Shown: one piece after another, positions 11,049 through 23,181 of the stretch
Layout: the number at the start of each line of letters is the position of its first letter
How positions within the stretch are numbered: the stretch's first letter is position 1
Source: Cercozoa sp. M6MM
Lineage: Eukaryota > Protista > Endomyxa: Ascetosporea
Strand: one strand, 5' to 3'
DNA length: 64,000 nt
NCBI GenBank assembly: GCA_040357565.1
Contig: JBDODJ010000008.1
The notes under the pieces: generated by a model
Told to the model about the DNA's origin: nothing
The model's database searches: none
The model's input: only the letters and a program-made list of their open reading frames with translations
Made by a program: the position numbers and the translations under genes

Positions 11049-14000
11049 ATGTTGTCGCGACGCGTTCTGGCTGTGTCGCGTGCCGTCACGGCACGTGGAC
11101 GCTGCATCACGACGATTGATCAGGTATTGACGTCGATTAATGCAGGTCTGGGTGAGCAAAAAAGAAACAACGCTGTCCGAGACCAATCCCAATAACGTAG
11201 CTACCGGAGGAGTGGAAGAAGTCTGCTGAAAAGGAGCTTCGCGGTTTGTCTGACTCTCACACGGAAATTCTGGAGCATATTTCCCCGTGTAGGCAAGCCA
11301 TTGGATGCGATTTTGTGGAAGACGGCCGAGGGCATCGACGTGCCGCCTGTGTTCTTCAAGGGCGAGGGTGCACTCAATGTTGCGGCGAGTGACTATAGCT
11401 TACGTGTGTTGATGTGCAGAGGGCGAAGAACTTCCCGGCAAGTACCCGTTCACGCGTGGTACTGCATGCTTGTTGTCCTGTTGTTCTCTTGTGTATTAGG
11501 GATGCTTGCAGGTCCCCACGCCACCATGTACACGAACCGTCCCTGGACCATTCGTCAGTACGCCGGTTAGCAAGCTTTATTGAAAGAAATGGGTCAAGCG
11601 CATCCTCGTTTGGTGAACAGGTTTCTCGACGGCCAAGGAGAGTAACGCTTTCTACCGCCGCAACCTCGCTGCCGGTCAGAAGGTGTCACTCCTAGTCCAC
11701 CCGTTTGCTCGCTGTCTTATCTGAGCTGTGCTAAAGGGTTTGTCTGTGGCGTTTGACTTGGCGACACACCGCGGCTATGACAGTGACCACCCGCGTGTCA
11801 AGGTGTGCCTTACACTGAGCGTACTCCTAAGTGTACGTACCCCGAGTCGGTGTTGTAGGGTGATGTCGGTATGGCCGGTGTCGCCATCGACTCAATCGAG
11901 GACATGAAGGTCCTGTTCGACGGCATTCCGCTGGACAAGATGAGTGTGTCGATGACGATGAACGGTGCCGTCGTGCCGATCATGGCCATGTACATCGCCG
12001 CCGGCATTGAGCAGGGTACCTGACCTGTCTTCCGCTGGCTTGTGTGCTGTACGCTGGTGCGATAGGCTGCAAGATCGAGGAGCTGGCAGGCACGGTGCAG
12101 AACGACATTCTTAAGGAGGTAGCCATCATGTTATCTACCGGCATAGATATCGCTATGTCTGTGTATGTGTAGTTTATGGTGCGCAACACGTTCATCTACC
12201 CGCCCGAGCCGTCGATGCGCATTGTCACTGACGTCATGGAGTACACGAGGTACCTTGCACTGTACATGCACTTTTGAGGCCGATTGTGTTTCTGTGTACA
12301 GTCAGCACATGCCGAAGTTCAACAGCATCAGTATCAGTGGCTACCATATGCAAGAAGCCGGTGCTGATGGTGTGCTGGAGATGGCCTTCACTCTTGCTGA
12401 CGGTCTCGAATACTGCAAGTACCTTTGTTTTTAAGGCGTTTGTCTCTTGATCGCGTTGACGGTTTGTGATAAAAAGGTGCGCACTGAACGCCGGCATGGA
12501 GATCGATCAGTTCGCGCCGCGTCTGTCGTAAACCTGTTCTTTTTTTCTCATTCGGCATAGTGTGCATGTTTGGCATGACACAGTTTCTTCTGGGCCGTTG
12601 GCATGAACATGTACACGGAGGTATACGTCAGTCGCTCACGCAACTGTGTCTCTGATGCTTTCGTGTTCTGTAGATTGCCAAGATGCGTGCCGCTCGTCGT
12701 CTGTACTATTTTGATCTTGCTTGAGTGTCTTTTTGTGTACCTTCTGTTCTCAGTTGGGCCAAGCTGATTCAGGAGCGCTTCCAGCCCAAGAACCCGAAGG
12801 TGCCTTTTCTGCGCTGCACTGTGTTGTTTTCTTAAAGCAAATTGGCGGATTGTTTTTTTTCCTGTGTGCAGTCTCTCATGTTGCGAACGCACTCGCAGAC
12901 CAGTGGTACCAGTTGCATTACTCGGCCATATGTAGCTTGTTCGCCATATGTAGCTTGCTCATCGGATATGTACAGGCTGGTCTCTGACCGAGCAGGACCC
13001 GTACAACAACGTCATCCGCACCACCGTCGTAACAAAACTCAACACCTGACTGCCGCAACTCCGCTTTTTAATGAACGAAAGCGTAGGAAGCCATGGCGGC
13101 CGCGATGGGTGGAACGCAGTCGCTGCATACCAACGCTCTTGATGAGGTATCTCACTTTGGGATTATGGAGTTGGCCTCCAGTGTTGTTTGTGCACAGGCC
13201 ATTGGTCTGCCGACGGACTTCTCTGCGCGAATTGCGCGTAACACGCAGATCATCCTGCAGGTACTTTTGAGGATTATAAAATACTACTGTGCTCATATTG
13301 GTATGTGACAGGAGGAGGCCCAGATCGGCAAGGTGGTCGACCCGTGGGCTGGCAGCTACATGATGGAGGTGTGCACTGCCTTCTTTCGCTGCTGAAAGAG
13401 AGCAAGCAAGGTGTGCAGGAACTGACGAACGAGTTCGAGAAGCGTGCCCTCGAGATCATCAAGGAGGTCGACGAGCTGGGCGGCATGACTGCTGCCATCC
13501 AGAGTGGTAGACATGCCTACATGAGTCGCCATGTCTAGGTTTATCAAGGTCACTGCAGGAATGCCCAAGATGCGCATCGAGGAGTCCGCGGCCCGTAAGC
13601 AGGCCAAGATCGACTCGGGTTCCGACGTCATCGTTGGTGTTAACAAGTACAAGGTGCCCACCGACCAGGAGGAGGAACTTGAGATCCTTCACATCGACAA
13701 CACCACCGTTCGCGAGGAGCAGGTAGCTGTCCTTTCGCTCGTTTTTGTGTTTTGGTATTTGCCTTTGTATATTGAACTCTTTGATAGATCAAGTCGCTCA
13801 AGAACCTGCGTGCCACACGCGACGAGGACAAGGTGCAGTCGCTGCTGAAGCAGCTCGAGGCCGCTGCCAAGTCGCGCGAGGTATCTTTTGTTCCGTCGGT
13901 GATTAAGTGCGTGTGCAAGTGTTTTTTCGCAGGACGGCAACGTGATCGAGATCGCTGTCGAGGCTGGTACATTTCCGCGCCATTCTTTAGTGTTTGATCA

Positions 14001-15127
14001 TGTTTCATGGTGCAGCACTGGCGCGTGCCACGGTCGGTGAAATCTCGGACGCGATGGAGCGCGTCTACGGTCGTCACCAGCCCTCCGTATTTTCCACCTT
14101 TCCCAGTGCAAGCAAACTGATCCGATCACTGTTGTTGTGCGCAGGTCCAGGTGGTGTCGGGTGCCTACAAGCAGGCTTACTCCAAACCAAAGGAGGTGCA
14201 GGAGGTGCTCGATCGCGCCGAACAGTTCGCGCAGAAGTATGGTCGCAGGTATGTTTAATTTTTCCTGTTGTGCGTGTGGCGCCGTGTGTGTGTGTGTGGC
14301 GCCGCGTGTGTGTGTGTGGCGTGTGTGTGTGCTGTGTGTTGTGTGTTGTGTGTTGTGCATTGGTCGTTGACACAGACCGCGCGTGTTCATCGCCAAGATG
14401 GGTCAAGACGGACACGACCGCGGTGCCAAGGTCGTCGCCTCGGTACTACACAGTTTTCTTCTGTTGTTTCCTCTGCAGTCTCAGCCTGTTGTTTTCGACA
14501 CAGGGCCTCTCGGACCTCGGCCTCGATGTTGATGTTGGTGCCTTGCTTGTTGTGATACACTTTCGTGTTTCTTGTGATGAAACCCGTTTCGGTAGGTCCG
14601 CTGTTCCAGACGCCTGCCGAGGCTGCCCAGATGGCTGTCGACTCGGATGCCCATGTGTAATATATCGCGATTCCTTTTGGTTTGGTGCATCCTAATTTCT
14701 TTTTTGTGTGTGGTAGCGTGGGCGTGTCATCGCTTGCTGCCGGTCACCGCACGCTCGTCCCGATGCTTGTCGATGAGGTATAGTGTATTTTATGGGAAAT
14801 GGGGAGCCTGCTAATTTCTTGGGTGTGGCAGTTGCGAAAGAAGGGCATGGACACGATCGTGACTGTCGGTGGCGTCATTCCGCGCGATGACTACCCCATG
14901 CTGGTATCTACGATTAGCTTATGCCTTGGATAGATGCGAGTACATCACAGTACGAGGCCGGTGCGCGCGCCATCTTTGGTCCTGGCACGCCGATCACGCA
15001 GTGCGCGATGGAGACAATCGATGCCATTGAGGCGGTACCTTTAGCCCTTGAGTGAGTACACCCAATGGCCCTTTGAGCTCACTCCCATGCGGGTGTTGTG
15101 CAGATGCTTGAGCAGCAAGCCGAATAA
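11049..15127 (+). CDS. MMUT: Methylmalonyl-CoA mutase, mitochondrial, adenosylcobalamin-dependent (~33 exons)
   Basis: Presequence-like [13 protein letters not shown]; [68 protein letters not shown]; B12-binding [13 protein letters not shown]; stop TAA 15125-15127. Confidence 0.98.
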
Positions 15128-15834
15128 CTATGTCGATTTGACTGGCGTCGTCCGGGTCGGAAGTTTCGTTTCGTTGCTCGGTACTAATTCGGCCACGCAC
15201 GATGTCGTGCCGTGTGTGTATAAGTTGCGTGCAAGTGCGCGTGCGCTGTATCCAGTCGCGTCCGCGCGGGTCCGTGTCCCTTACATGTTGCGTATGATCA
15301 GCGCAGTGAGTTAAACAAAACGTTACGTCGCGTTAGTTCCGTTCGTTCACCGCACGTGAGTTTCGTCTTCGAAGAACGTCCGTACCGTTGAACGGAAGCC
15401 TGGCGACACGACACGAAGTTGACGGAGACGATATCACCAGCCTTACTGTACAACTTTGCTATTGCACCACTTCCGTTCGCCTTACCTACGCTACAGCACT
15501 GTACGCAGAACACCGAGTCCAGCTTGAAAGGACCAGTCGGTGGGCAAGCTGTTTGTATACAGTACACGTTTCAGGCCGGGGGTACTGTAACTGCCGGGTT
15601 TATTCAACTGACTGGACGGGGTACTGACCGTCCGTACGGTACGGCACGGTACTTAGCGAACTGAAAATAATTATAGTAATCTAGTCGAACTGCTTCGACA
15701 AAGCACTTAGTATGCTACGTAGGTACAGTGAGCAAGTTCTTTAACGAAATCATGGTTCTGCAAGCTTGCGCGTGGCTGCGTGTACTACCTCTCAGTTCGT
15801 CCGAACTGAGAGTTGCTCCAATCCGAAAGGTTGG

Positions 15835-17626
15835 CTAGCGATAGCACACACGGTAGCCTCCAGCAGTGCCGGAATAGCCCTGCGCCAATTGGCAATCACA
15901 ATCGCAGTCATTCATATACTCACACTGACAGCCATGCACAGGAACGGCAGTTGTGGTACTGTACCTGGGCGTACATGCCGTACGGAGAGGAGCCACTGTA
16001 TTTGTACCCACCGTAACCGCCGTAGTTGTAGCCACTGTAGCCAGCAGAGTAGCCGCGCATGTTGTAGCCGCCGTTGCCGTACTGGGTGCGCAGCATGCCA
16101 GCACCACCGCGCACACGGTTGCCGCGACTGTCGACGCCGAGAATGCTCGCCAGGTCCTCCTTGTGCGACAGAATCTATGGCAAGTATGCTAGTTATGCAC
16201 TCAAACGAGGGACGGGGTGTACTGTACCTGATTGCTGGGTGGCATGCCAACGAGCGAGTTTAGGTCGAGATCAATTATGTAGAGGTGACGAATGCCACTG
16301 GAGTCGCGCGACAGCATAACGTTCTTAGCCTCCAAGTCGTCCGAGATCTGCGGAAAAAAGAGGATGCCATCGTGCGTGTATTGGAGGCATTAGAAAGTGG
16401 TATACCATGCCTTCTCGGCGCAGCGAATTAATGCCTTGGATGAGCTCCTCGGCTAGACGTTCCTTTTCGTTACTACAACGAATACATCGGTTAGTTCCTC
16501 CCAAATACTGTCGTGGTCCTGTATGGGAAGAGTGAACTGTACCCGAACAACGCAGCCGAGACAAGCGTTCCAGAGTCAGCAAAGGGCATGATCTGTTTAC
16601 AAATAAACACTCGCCGCTTGGTACAGAAAGAGTATGCGAAGAACATCGATCTCACCATGACTGTAACCGTGGTGAGTGAGTTCACTTTGACGCGGAAGCA
16701 GTCATGTGCCTACACAGTGTTACTGGGTACAAGTACACCAGAATTTAGGAAGAGGCTTTATCGCACAGCATTAAACTAGTAAAGTAGTACCGGCATGATT
16801 CCAGGAAGATGCGACAACATGGCATGACAGGCGCGTTTCGTCTGCTGCCGTCCGTCCGCTGCCGTCAGCACTGGCATTGCTACCTTCACGACCACCTTTT
16901 GGCCTTGCGACGGAAACCGGTGCGACGACACTTGGTTGCGGCGTGCGATATCGAAGATCGCCTGACGCACCTCGTCGCCACCTCTGCTTGATTTGGGAAC
17001 ACTCTGGTTTCTTTGATGCGTCTGATTAAAGCCAGTGTACCCAAACGAGGCCACGTTTTGATCAAACAGGACAACGCAGCCCTGACCTCCGGCAAATACC
17101 ACCTGCAGATCCAGAAAAAATACAAGTTGATCCAAACAACATTTACATAGCACTTTAGTAAACTGTACTGATTCAACTAACCTTGTCAAAAGGCCTTTGA
17201 CCCCAAGAAAGAGCTCGCTGCACCACTTGTCCGTTCATACCTGCAGAATAGACAGTTTTATGAAGACGCATGTTTGAATCTGAAGGTCTTTCAGTTGCGT
17301 GCGCAACGTCGACTTACCGTTGACGGAAGCAGACGAAGATTGAGAAAACTGGCGTGTTAACCACTGGGCCACCACTGCAAGAAGGTAAAATTTTCGAGGC
17401 ATTGACACAGTTTTGGCAGAAACATCGTTAACCCACCTTGTCGAGGCGTATTCGAACTGACACTGGCGCCGTGCACTGTTGTTTCAGTTTTACCTAAGTT
17501 TAAATTACCCCTAATCCCCAGATGAAATCAGATACCCGTGGCAGACGCTATGGGCGTATACGAGGGTAGCGCCCACATGCTGGCCGAGACGGTGCAGGCA
17601 AGCAACGCAATCGAGAGCAACAACAT
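15835..17626 (-). CDS. Signal-peptide-bearing atypical protein-kinase-like protein with a short C-lobe and a Gly/Tyr-rich tail (about 11 coding exons)
   Basis: Hand-spliced open frame using GT-AG introns: MLLLSIALLACTVSA-SMWALP...VVFAGGQGCVV (Gly loop)...KVVVKV (beta3 Lys)...SHLPGIMPAHDCF...IMPFADSGTL (hinge)...IQGINSLRREGMISDDLEAKNVML (catalytic loop DLxxxN)...LYIIDLD (DFG equivalent)...HKEDLASILG...YGNGGYNMRGYSAGYSGYNYGGYGGYKYSG...CYR*. Confidence 0.8.
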
Positions 17627-18069
17627 TGTTCCAGACTCCAATCTGTGTCAATGTACTTAAAAACAACAAAACTGAATCATTACAAGTACTGTAGGCTGCA
17701 GGGTACCGACCAGACACACAAGCTAAGACTATGACGACAGTGTTGCAGACGGAGACAGTATATTAAGCTCTGTCTTTGACGTGCGCCTGAGACGAGTGGG
17801 CAGAAGTGGCGCCGTGCAGTCGATCCAGCGTGTCAATGGCGTGTCTCAGGCTTGGACAACCCGCAACTGGAAACTCGAAGCCACACTCAACAGCAGTGCC
17901 GAACCGTGCATGCATCTTGGAGCATGGGTAGTACGACGATGAATGGAGGAGCTAATGCAGTTAAAAATAATAGTTTGGTCCAAAAAGGGATGATTTTTAA
18001 GACAACTATTTAAGTTTACTTTGAGGTGCGAAGCACTTCTAAATTTACGGTGCTAGTTTAATGCACACG

Positions 18070-18282
18070 CTGCGACTGTAAACTTGACAACTTCAGTGAT
18101 ATTTACTGCTTAGGGGAGGCGATAGCGGTGCTGGCAAAATAGTGTTTTGGGATTAACACTAAGTTTATTTAGGTAGCAGTTTCCAGAGACCCGGGTGGCC
18201 GGTGGGTCACAAGAGCAGTATTCAACTATGGGCGCTTCATTGAACAGCCAGACTACCATACACTGCGACTGTAAACTTGACA
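18070..18282 (+). repeat. Perfect 20-bp direct repeat CTGCGACTGTAAACTTGACA at 18070-18089 and 18263-18282
   Basis: Direct reading; intergenic. Confidence 0.85.
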
Positions 18283-18289
18283 GTTTCGG

Positions 18290-20370
18290 TTATGGGAGTA
18301 CAGTATAGTTGCCCGAGTCTACCGACTCGATCGTTTTCTGCCAGAGAGGCACTGGTTTCGCTGTCTCCGAAAAGATGTGTTGGCACCAGTAAACACTCGC
18401 AAGATCGCCGCAGTTGTCATTGGCGTCAGTTTCATTTCCCGGTTTCGATGAATGAGAGCTCAAAAGCGTCTCGAGTGCCTACTCGTAAGTTACACTACAG
18501 GTCTGAGGGTGTTTATCGATACGTTTCTACATTGATTTCGCAAGACAAAACAGGTACAAACAGTATAAAGATGACACAACTTTTACACTTAAAGGTGATT
18601 ACCGCCTCCATATTTTCCAGTTGTTTCCACGCAGTTGGATCTAATCCTATACTTGAGGTGTGTGGCGGATGTAATGGTTGCATGTAGAACTGGAAAGTAC
18701 CAAAAGAGCCAAAAACCCAAGAGTCTGTGAATCGCCACCACTGCAGCGACGCTAGCAACTCTGCAGTGTCGATTTGATCGTACAAGTATTTCACTGTAGC
18801 ACTAGTACCGCAGGAAGATAACGCGTATAGGTTCAATGACAGGACTGTACCTGCATTTTCGTGCGTCAGAAGTTGCTGCAACTGCTTCAACAACCCGATC
18901 TGAAGAGAATACAAAGCCACTATCCTCAGAGAACTCCTATTTGGATTCTGGAAGGAGGAAACGAACATGGTACTGAAGTTCAGTTAGTGCCCGCTGACAT
19001 CGAAGCTCTTTCACCTGTGACACACAGAAGAAGACGCATTTCAAATTTTGGTTGAAAATTAAAAATTGACTATTATCGCTGTACATATTACAGTAAAATT
19101 TAGCTTTCATATCGCTGTACATTTACCTGCATGGCCAAATGAAAGCGAAATGAGGCGATATAAATGGCATCTTCCAGCACATCAGCAGTCACTTCGTCCG
19201 CCGTCTTGGCACGAACGGCCTTGTCTTGCAGCCTGCACTTGCACCTTTTTGTTATAATTTGTAAAACAAAAACTTAGAAGAACGTACTCACCGCGACAGC
19301 ACTGATGTCGCCGGAAAAACCACGCGGCCTGTGCGATAGAATCGTTCATCCGCATCGACAGCACTCGCGAACGCACGTCGCAGTTCACTTTGAAGGAGCA
19401 CTAGCACTCGCACGTCAGTCTGCCAACAGCAGGTTCACTTAATTTGCACACGAGAGTTTAAAATTGAAGTTACAGAACTAACCGAAGGACGTTCCTTTGC
19501 TGAAGCTACCAGTGAAGTCAAGATAGAGATCCGCTCCTGCAACAAGCTCTTGCCAAGTTTGCTGTTAAATCGGGGTAACTCTGGAGTCTAGAGTAAGAAC
19601 TGAACCACAATGGGAAACGAAAACGCCAGAACTGTCACACCTGTTGATGCAGGACAATTCGCTCGTGGCTGAGAACTCTCTGTAGGCTTCCAGTTCCTAT
19701 CAGGATCGGCATACTCTCTGGCTTCGAGTATCACCATAGTAGTGCTGTGTAGTAAAAGATGTACAGAGGCTTCTCGGGCGGCGAGAAGAATCGGTGCTTG
19801 CGTCTGTGCCGGTAAAGACAAGCTTGCTATGCTTGCGCCAACTTCCGACAACTGGGCAACTATAGGATCGCGGTGTCACATGTACCACCTATAGCCTATG
19901 GTACTCGTTCTCGCTTTAAATACAGCTTTTGCAGCCACTCTTCGCCGCTGAATGTAGTCACATAAGGGCAAGCATCTGGGGCTACGATTTTATTCTATCT
20001 AATGTACCTATTCTTCGCTTTCTCTTGAGAGGGAGATATAAGGTATGAATACAAAGCTGAATGTCGGTCAAGCCGTGAGACCGCAGCTAAAAGCCGAAAC
20101 GTGCAAGCAATGTTTCCATTTACAAAAGAGTGATACCGTACTAAATCTGATACCAGCAAAGGCAGAAGCGAACCGAGATTCGGGCGTTGTATCCAAGAAC
20201 AGCAGAGGTACCGGGGATCCCTGTATCATATAGGAAATTTTTCGTCGGTTCACGTAGCGTCTTTGTGCATGAAAGGTCACCCTGACGTCAACATTATTCC
20301 CAATCCAAAACCACGAAATTGAAAGTAACAAGGCGAGTGGCATCACGGAAAGCTTGTCACGACAAAACAT
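18290..20370 (-). CDS. Hypothetical multi-exon orphan protein with a hydrophobic signal-like N-terminus
   Basis: MFCRDKLSVMPLALLLSISWFWIG at the 5' end, a series of GT-AG-bounded open segments, and a last exon ALETLLSS...SGNYTVLP-TAA(18290). No recognised family. Confidence 0.5.
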
Positions 20371-20816
20371 GCAAACTTGCACAGGCTAGGTGACACGGGC
20401 TGTCTCATCCCTATAAACGCAAGAACAGCCGACGTGCCCGGCGGAAAAGCCGAAGGGAAGATGACGCGCAAAAACTTGCGAACACCTACAACTGAACCTT
20501 CACAAAGTCCGTGGGGGGGGGGGGGTCCTTTTACTTTAGTATCCTTAACTAGTACCTTGACTTGTCGTGTGTACGTATACGGTTATAGTTCCCCTGTACC
20601 AGACTAGCCAAACCAACCGAACCACAACATTCTACGCTCGACTTCGCTTCGGTCGCTAGCTAACGCTCGGCTTGATTCATTCCGTTCAATCGACTCGACT
20701 GACAGATGCTACGTGCAGTACCGTACGGTTTGAGTGGTTTCCCAGAAGACTCAACAAACGAACGTAACTGTGGGGTCGGGTATGGCGGGTTTGGCTAGTC
20801 GAGTGCTCGAGCTCGG

Positions 20817-22949
20817 CTAGTGAAACTCGGCAGCGGCAAACTCCGCCGCGACAGCGCCCAAGTCATCCAAACACAGCTGTGTAGCCTCCTGCTCACCTCA
20901 GCCGGGTACATTTAACCACCAAAATAGGGAGGATCGGAAAAAAACGTACAAAGAAGCCGGCCTCGAGGTACGGGATGTTGTTGTCCTTAGCGATTTGGCG
21001 CACCTGACAGAAAGAAACGTACCATAGCAATGACAAACTGTGCACGCGAGTACCATGGGTGCAATTGTTCGAAGGTTGTGCCTGGGCAGCATCGGGAACA
21101 AGTGGTGCTCAATCTGCATTTCAAGACCGCCATGGAACCAGTGCGACCACCACGAAGTTTTGATGTTCCCTACACATCGACAATTTCTCGGACCAATTAA
21201 AACTTGATCGACAGGAGGGATAGTACGCGAGGTGCGCAGCTGGAACTCGAAAAAGCCAAGTGCCTCTTCTTCTTCGGGAGTGTACTGCGGCGTCGCCAGG
21301 TGCGAAAGCAGTAGCTGCACATGCAGGATGCCAGCAACGACGTGCGACACCGCGAAAAAAACCTGTGCATGCGTACACGTGACATAGCCGTCTCTAAAAA
21401 CAAGCAGCAAGTTACCGCCAACTCAGAGCTGGAATGCAAGTGACGGAAGTACAGCGACACCCACGACCTACTCGATGAAAAGAGTAAAACGCGGCAAGAC
21501 GCGGGGAACAAGAAACAAAGACAATCAGCAATGGGCTTTATACCAGTACACCGCCATGCCAACGATGTCCATCCAAGCACCATACTTGATGGCGTCCACC
21601 TGAGTGCAATGCATTCAAAAAGACAAAAGGGCTGTCTCATGGTACACATTACCAAGCATACGGCGTAGAAATTCACGCGGCCAATCACAACACAGAGCTG
21701 CGCACATATCAAATCTCAAGCACGTCGCACACAAACAGCGAGAGCGGTACCGGCAAGAATGTGTACTTCTGGATGGCCACCAGTGCACGCATCAAGAAAT
21801 TCACTTGGGGCGCTCCTTTCTGTGTACGTGTGCACATGTAAACCTTAAACTACCATGACAAGGAAGGAAAAGGTACAATCTGCAGCTCCTTCATCGATTG
21901 CAGGAACACTGGCTGTGAACAAACACAATACACACGACTTCGCAACAACTGTGTGAAGCAATACCAAGTAGATAAACTGCGGGTCCTTCAGTGGTCGGTG
22001 CGTGTATGCGTGGTGTTCATTATGTTCCCGAAGCCATTTATTGTACTGCAACGAGTAAACGGAAAGTGACAGCCAAAAATGACGCGTGGGACAGTAGTAC
22101 CGAAATGCCAAAGATGACACTGGCCTGGAACCAACCAATCACTCGGTTCCAGAAAGTCGGACCTCGCTTGCTGCGAGGACAATGATTGACGACGCCAAGA
22201 TGGCACGCATCGTGCGCAATGAAGGCACCTTGATGCCAACCGAGACCAAGAAGAGCACCGCCAAGAAACACTCGCACCTAAGAGACACACGCATCGTGTC
22301 ATGTGAAGGGCAATAAAGAGAAACACGGTACGAAATAGTTATCGTGCGTGACACACAAATAGGCAATCGCCAAAATCGACAGGTACGCCAGTGCTTTCAT
22401 GATGAAGTACGAGGGTTCAGCTCGAAACATGCCTGCCTCCCACAACTTCTGGCGCAGCGCTCGGTACTGTTGCGTCGATGGTGGCACCTGAAGAAAAAAA
22501 CGAAATCGTTCGAAACACAACACAGACTCGTCAAGCAAAGTACCTCAGCCGGATCAACAAGCTTTCCGACGTGCAGCGACTTCAACCAACACTTTGCAAT
22601 GGAACTGCGAAGCACAAACAACCAAGGCATCGTTTCAACAGTCAGTCGGGACAGCGCATTGTACGGAGTGTGAAAAAGCTCAAATTGGTCCGTGCATTCG
22701 GTGCCAAAGTACTCCACAATCACCTACAAACACATTTGGAACTGCAATCCTTGACGCCAACAACCTTCCAAAATAAGCTACCTGTCCGCCAGGATGCCTC
22801 GCAGCAAACTCGGTGACATCGTACACCTCCCCGTGGATTGACAGCCTGTGCAAACGGTCAGAATAAACAGCCTGCGCAGTAAACCCATCGTACCAAGCAT
22901 CACTCGCGGAGTTATGACGCCGAAGCTCCTCCAAAGTGACCGTTTTCAT
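20817..22949 (-). CDS. Cytochrome b5-fused front-end desaturase (delta-8 sphingolipid / delta-6 fatty acid desaturase family)
   Basis: MKTVTLEELRRHNSASDAW..VYDVTEFAARHPGG (b5 HPGG); His boxes HDACH, HNEHH and QIEHHLFP; HVQLLLSH and WFHGGL motifs; stop TAG at 20817. Confidence 0.93.
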
Positions 22950-23181
22950 ACAGGCGGACGTCGGTCACGTTGTTGATGCTCGGGTAAAAAATCAGCAATC
23001 CACTGGACAAAGATCACGGCCAGAGACAGCCTGCAATGTGCGTTCCACAGCACACAGCCACCTGTACACACGTTGTTCAGTGCGCGGATGACTGGCGACA
23101 GGCCCAGTTTTCTATTAAGGTTGCGCTGTACTAGTTTTCTGGGTATGCTGTAGTGAATGATACACAATAGAACGTGCGTGA

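Noticed and set aside
12925-12960. Short tandem duplications in introns (GCCATATGTAGCTTG x2; similar cases at ~19075-19125 and ~60285-60315)
   Set aside because: Local slippage events; no sign of a shared mobile intron (introner) family in this window
13881-13932. GTATCTTTT donor resembling a U12-type intron
   Set aside because: It mismatches GTATCCTT, has no TCCTTAAC branch site, and GTAT donors are common in this genome
11049-15127. Possible alternative genetic code or stop-codon readthrough explaining fragmented ORFs
   Set aside because: All interruptions examined resolve as GT-AG introns, and TAA, TAG and TGA are each used as true terminators in conserved genes
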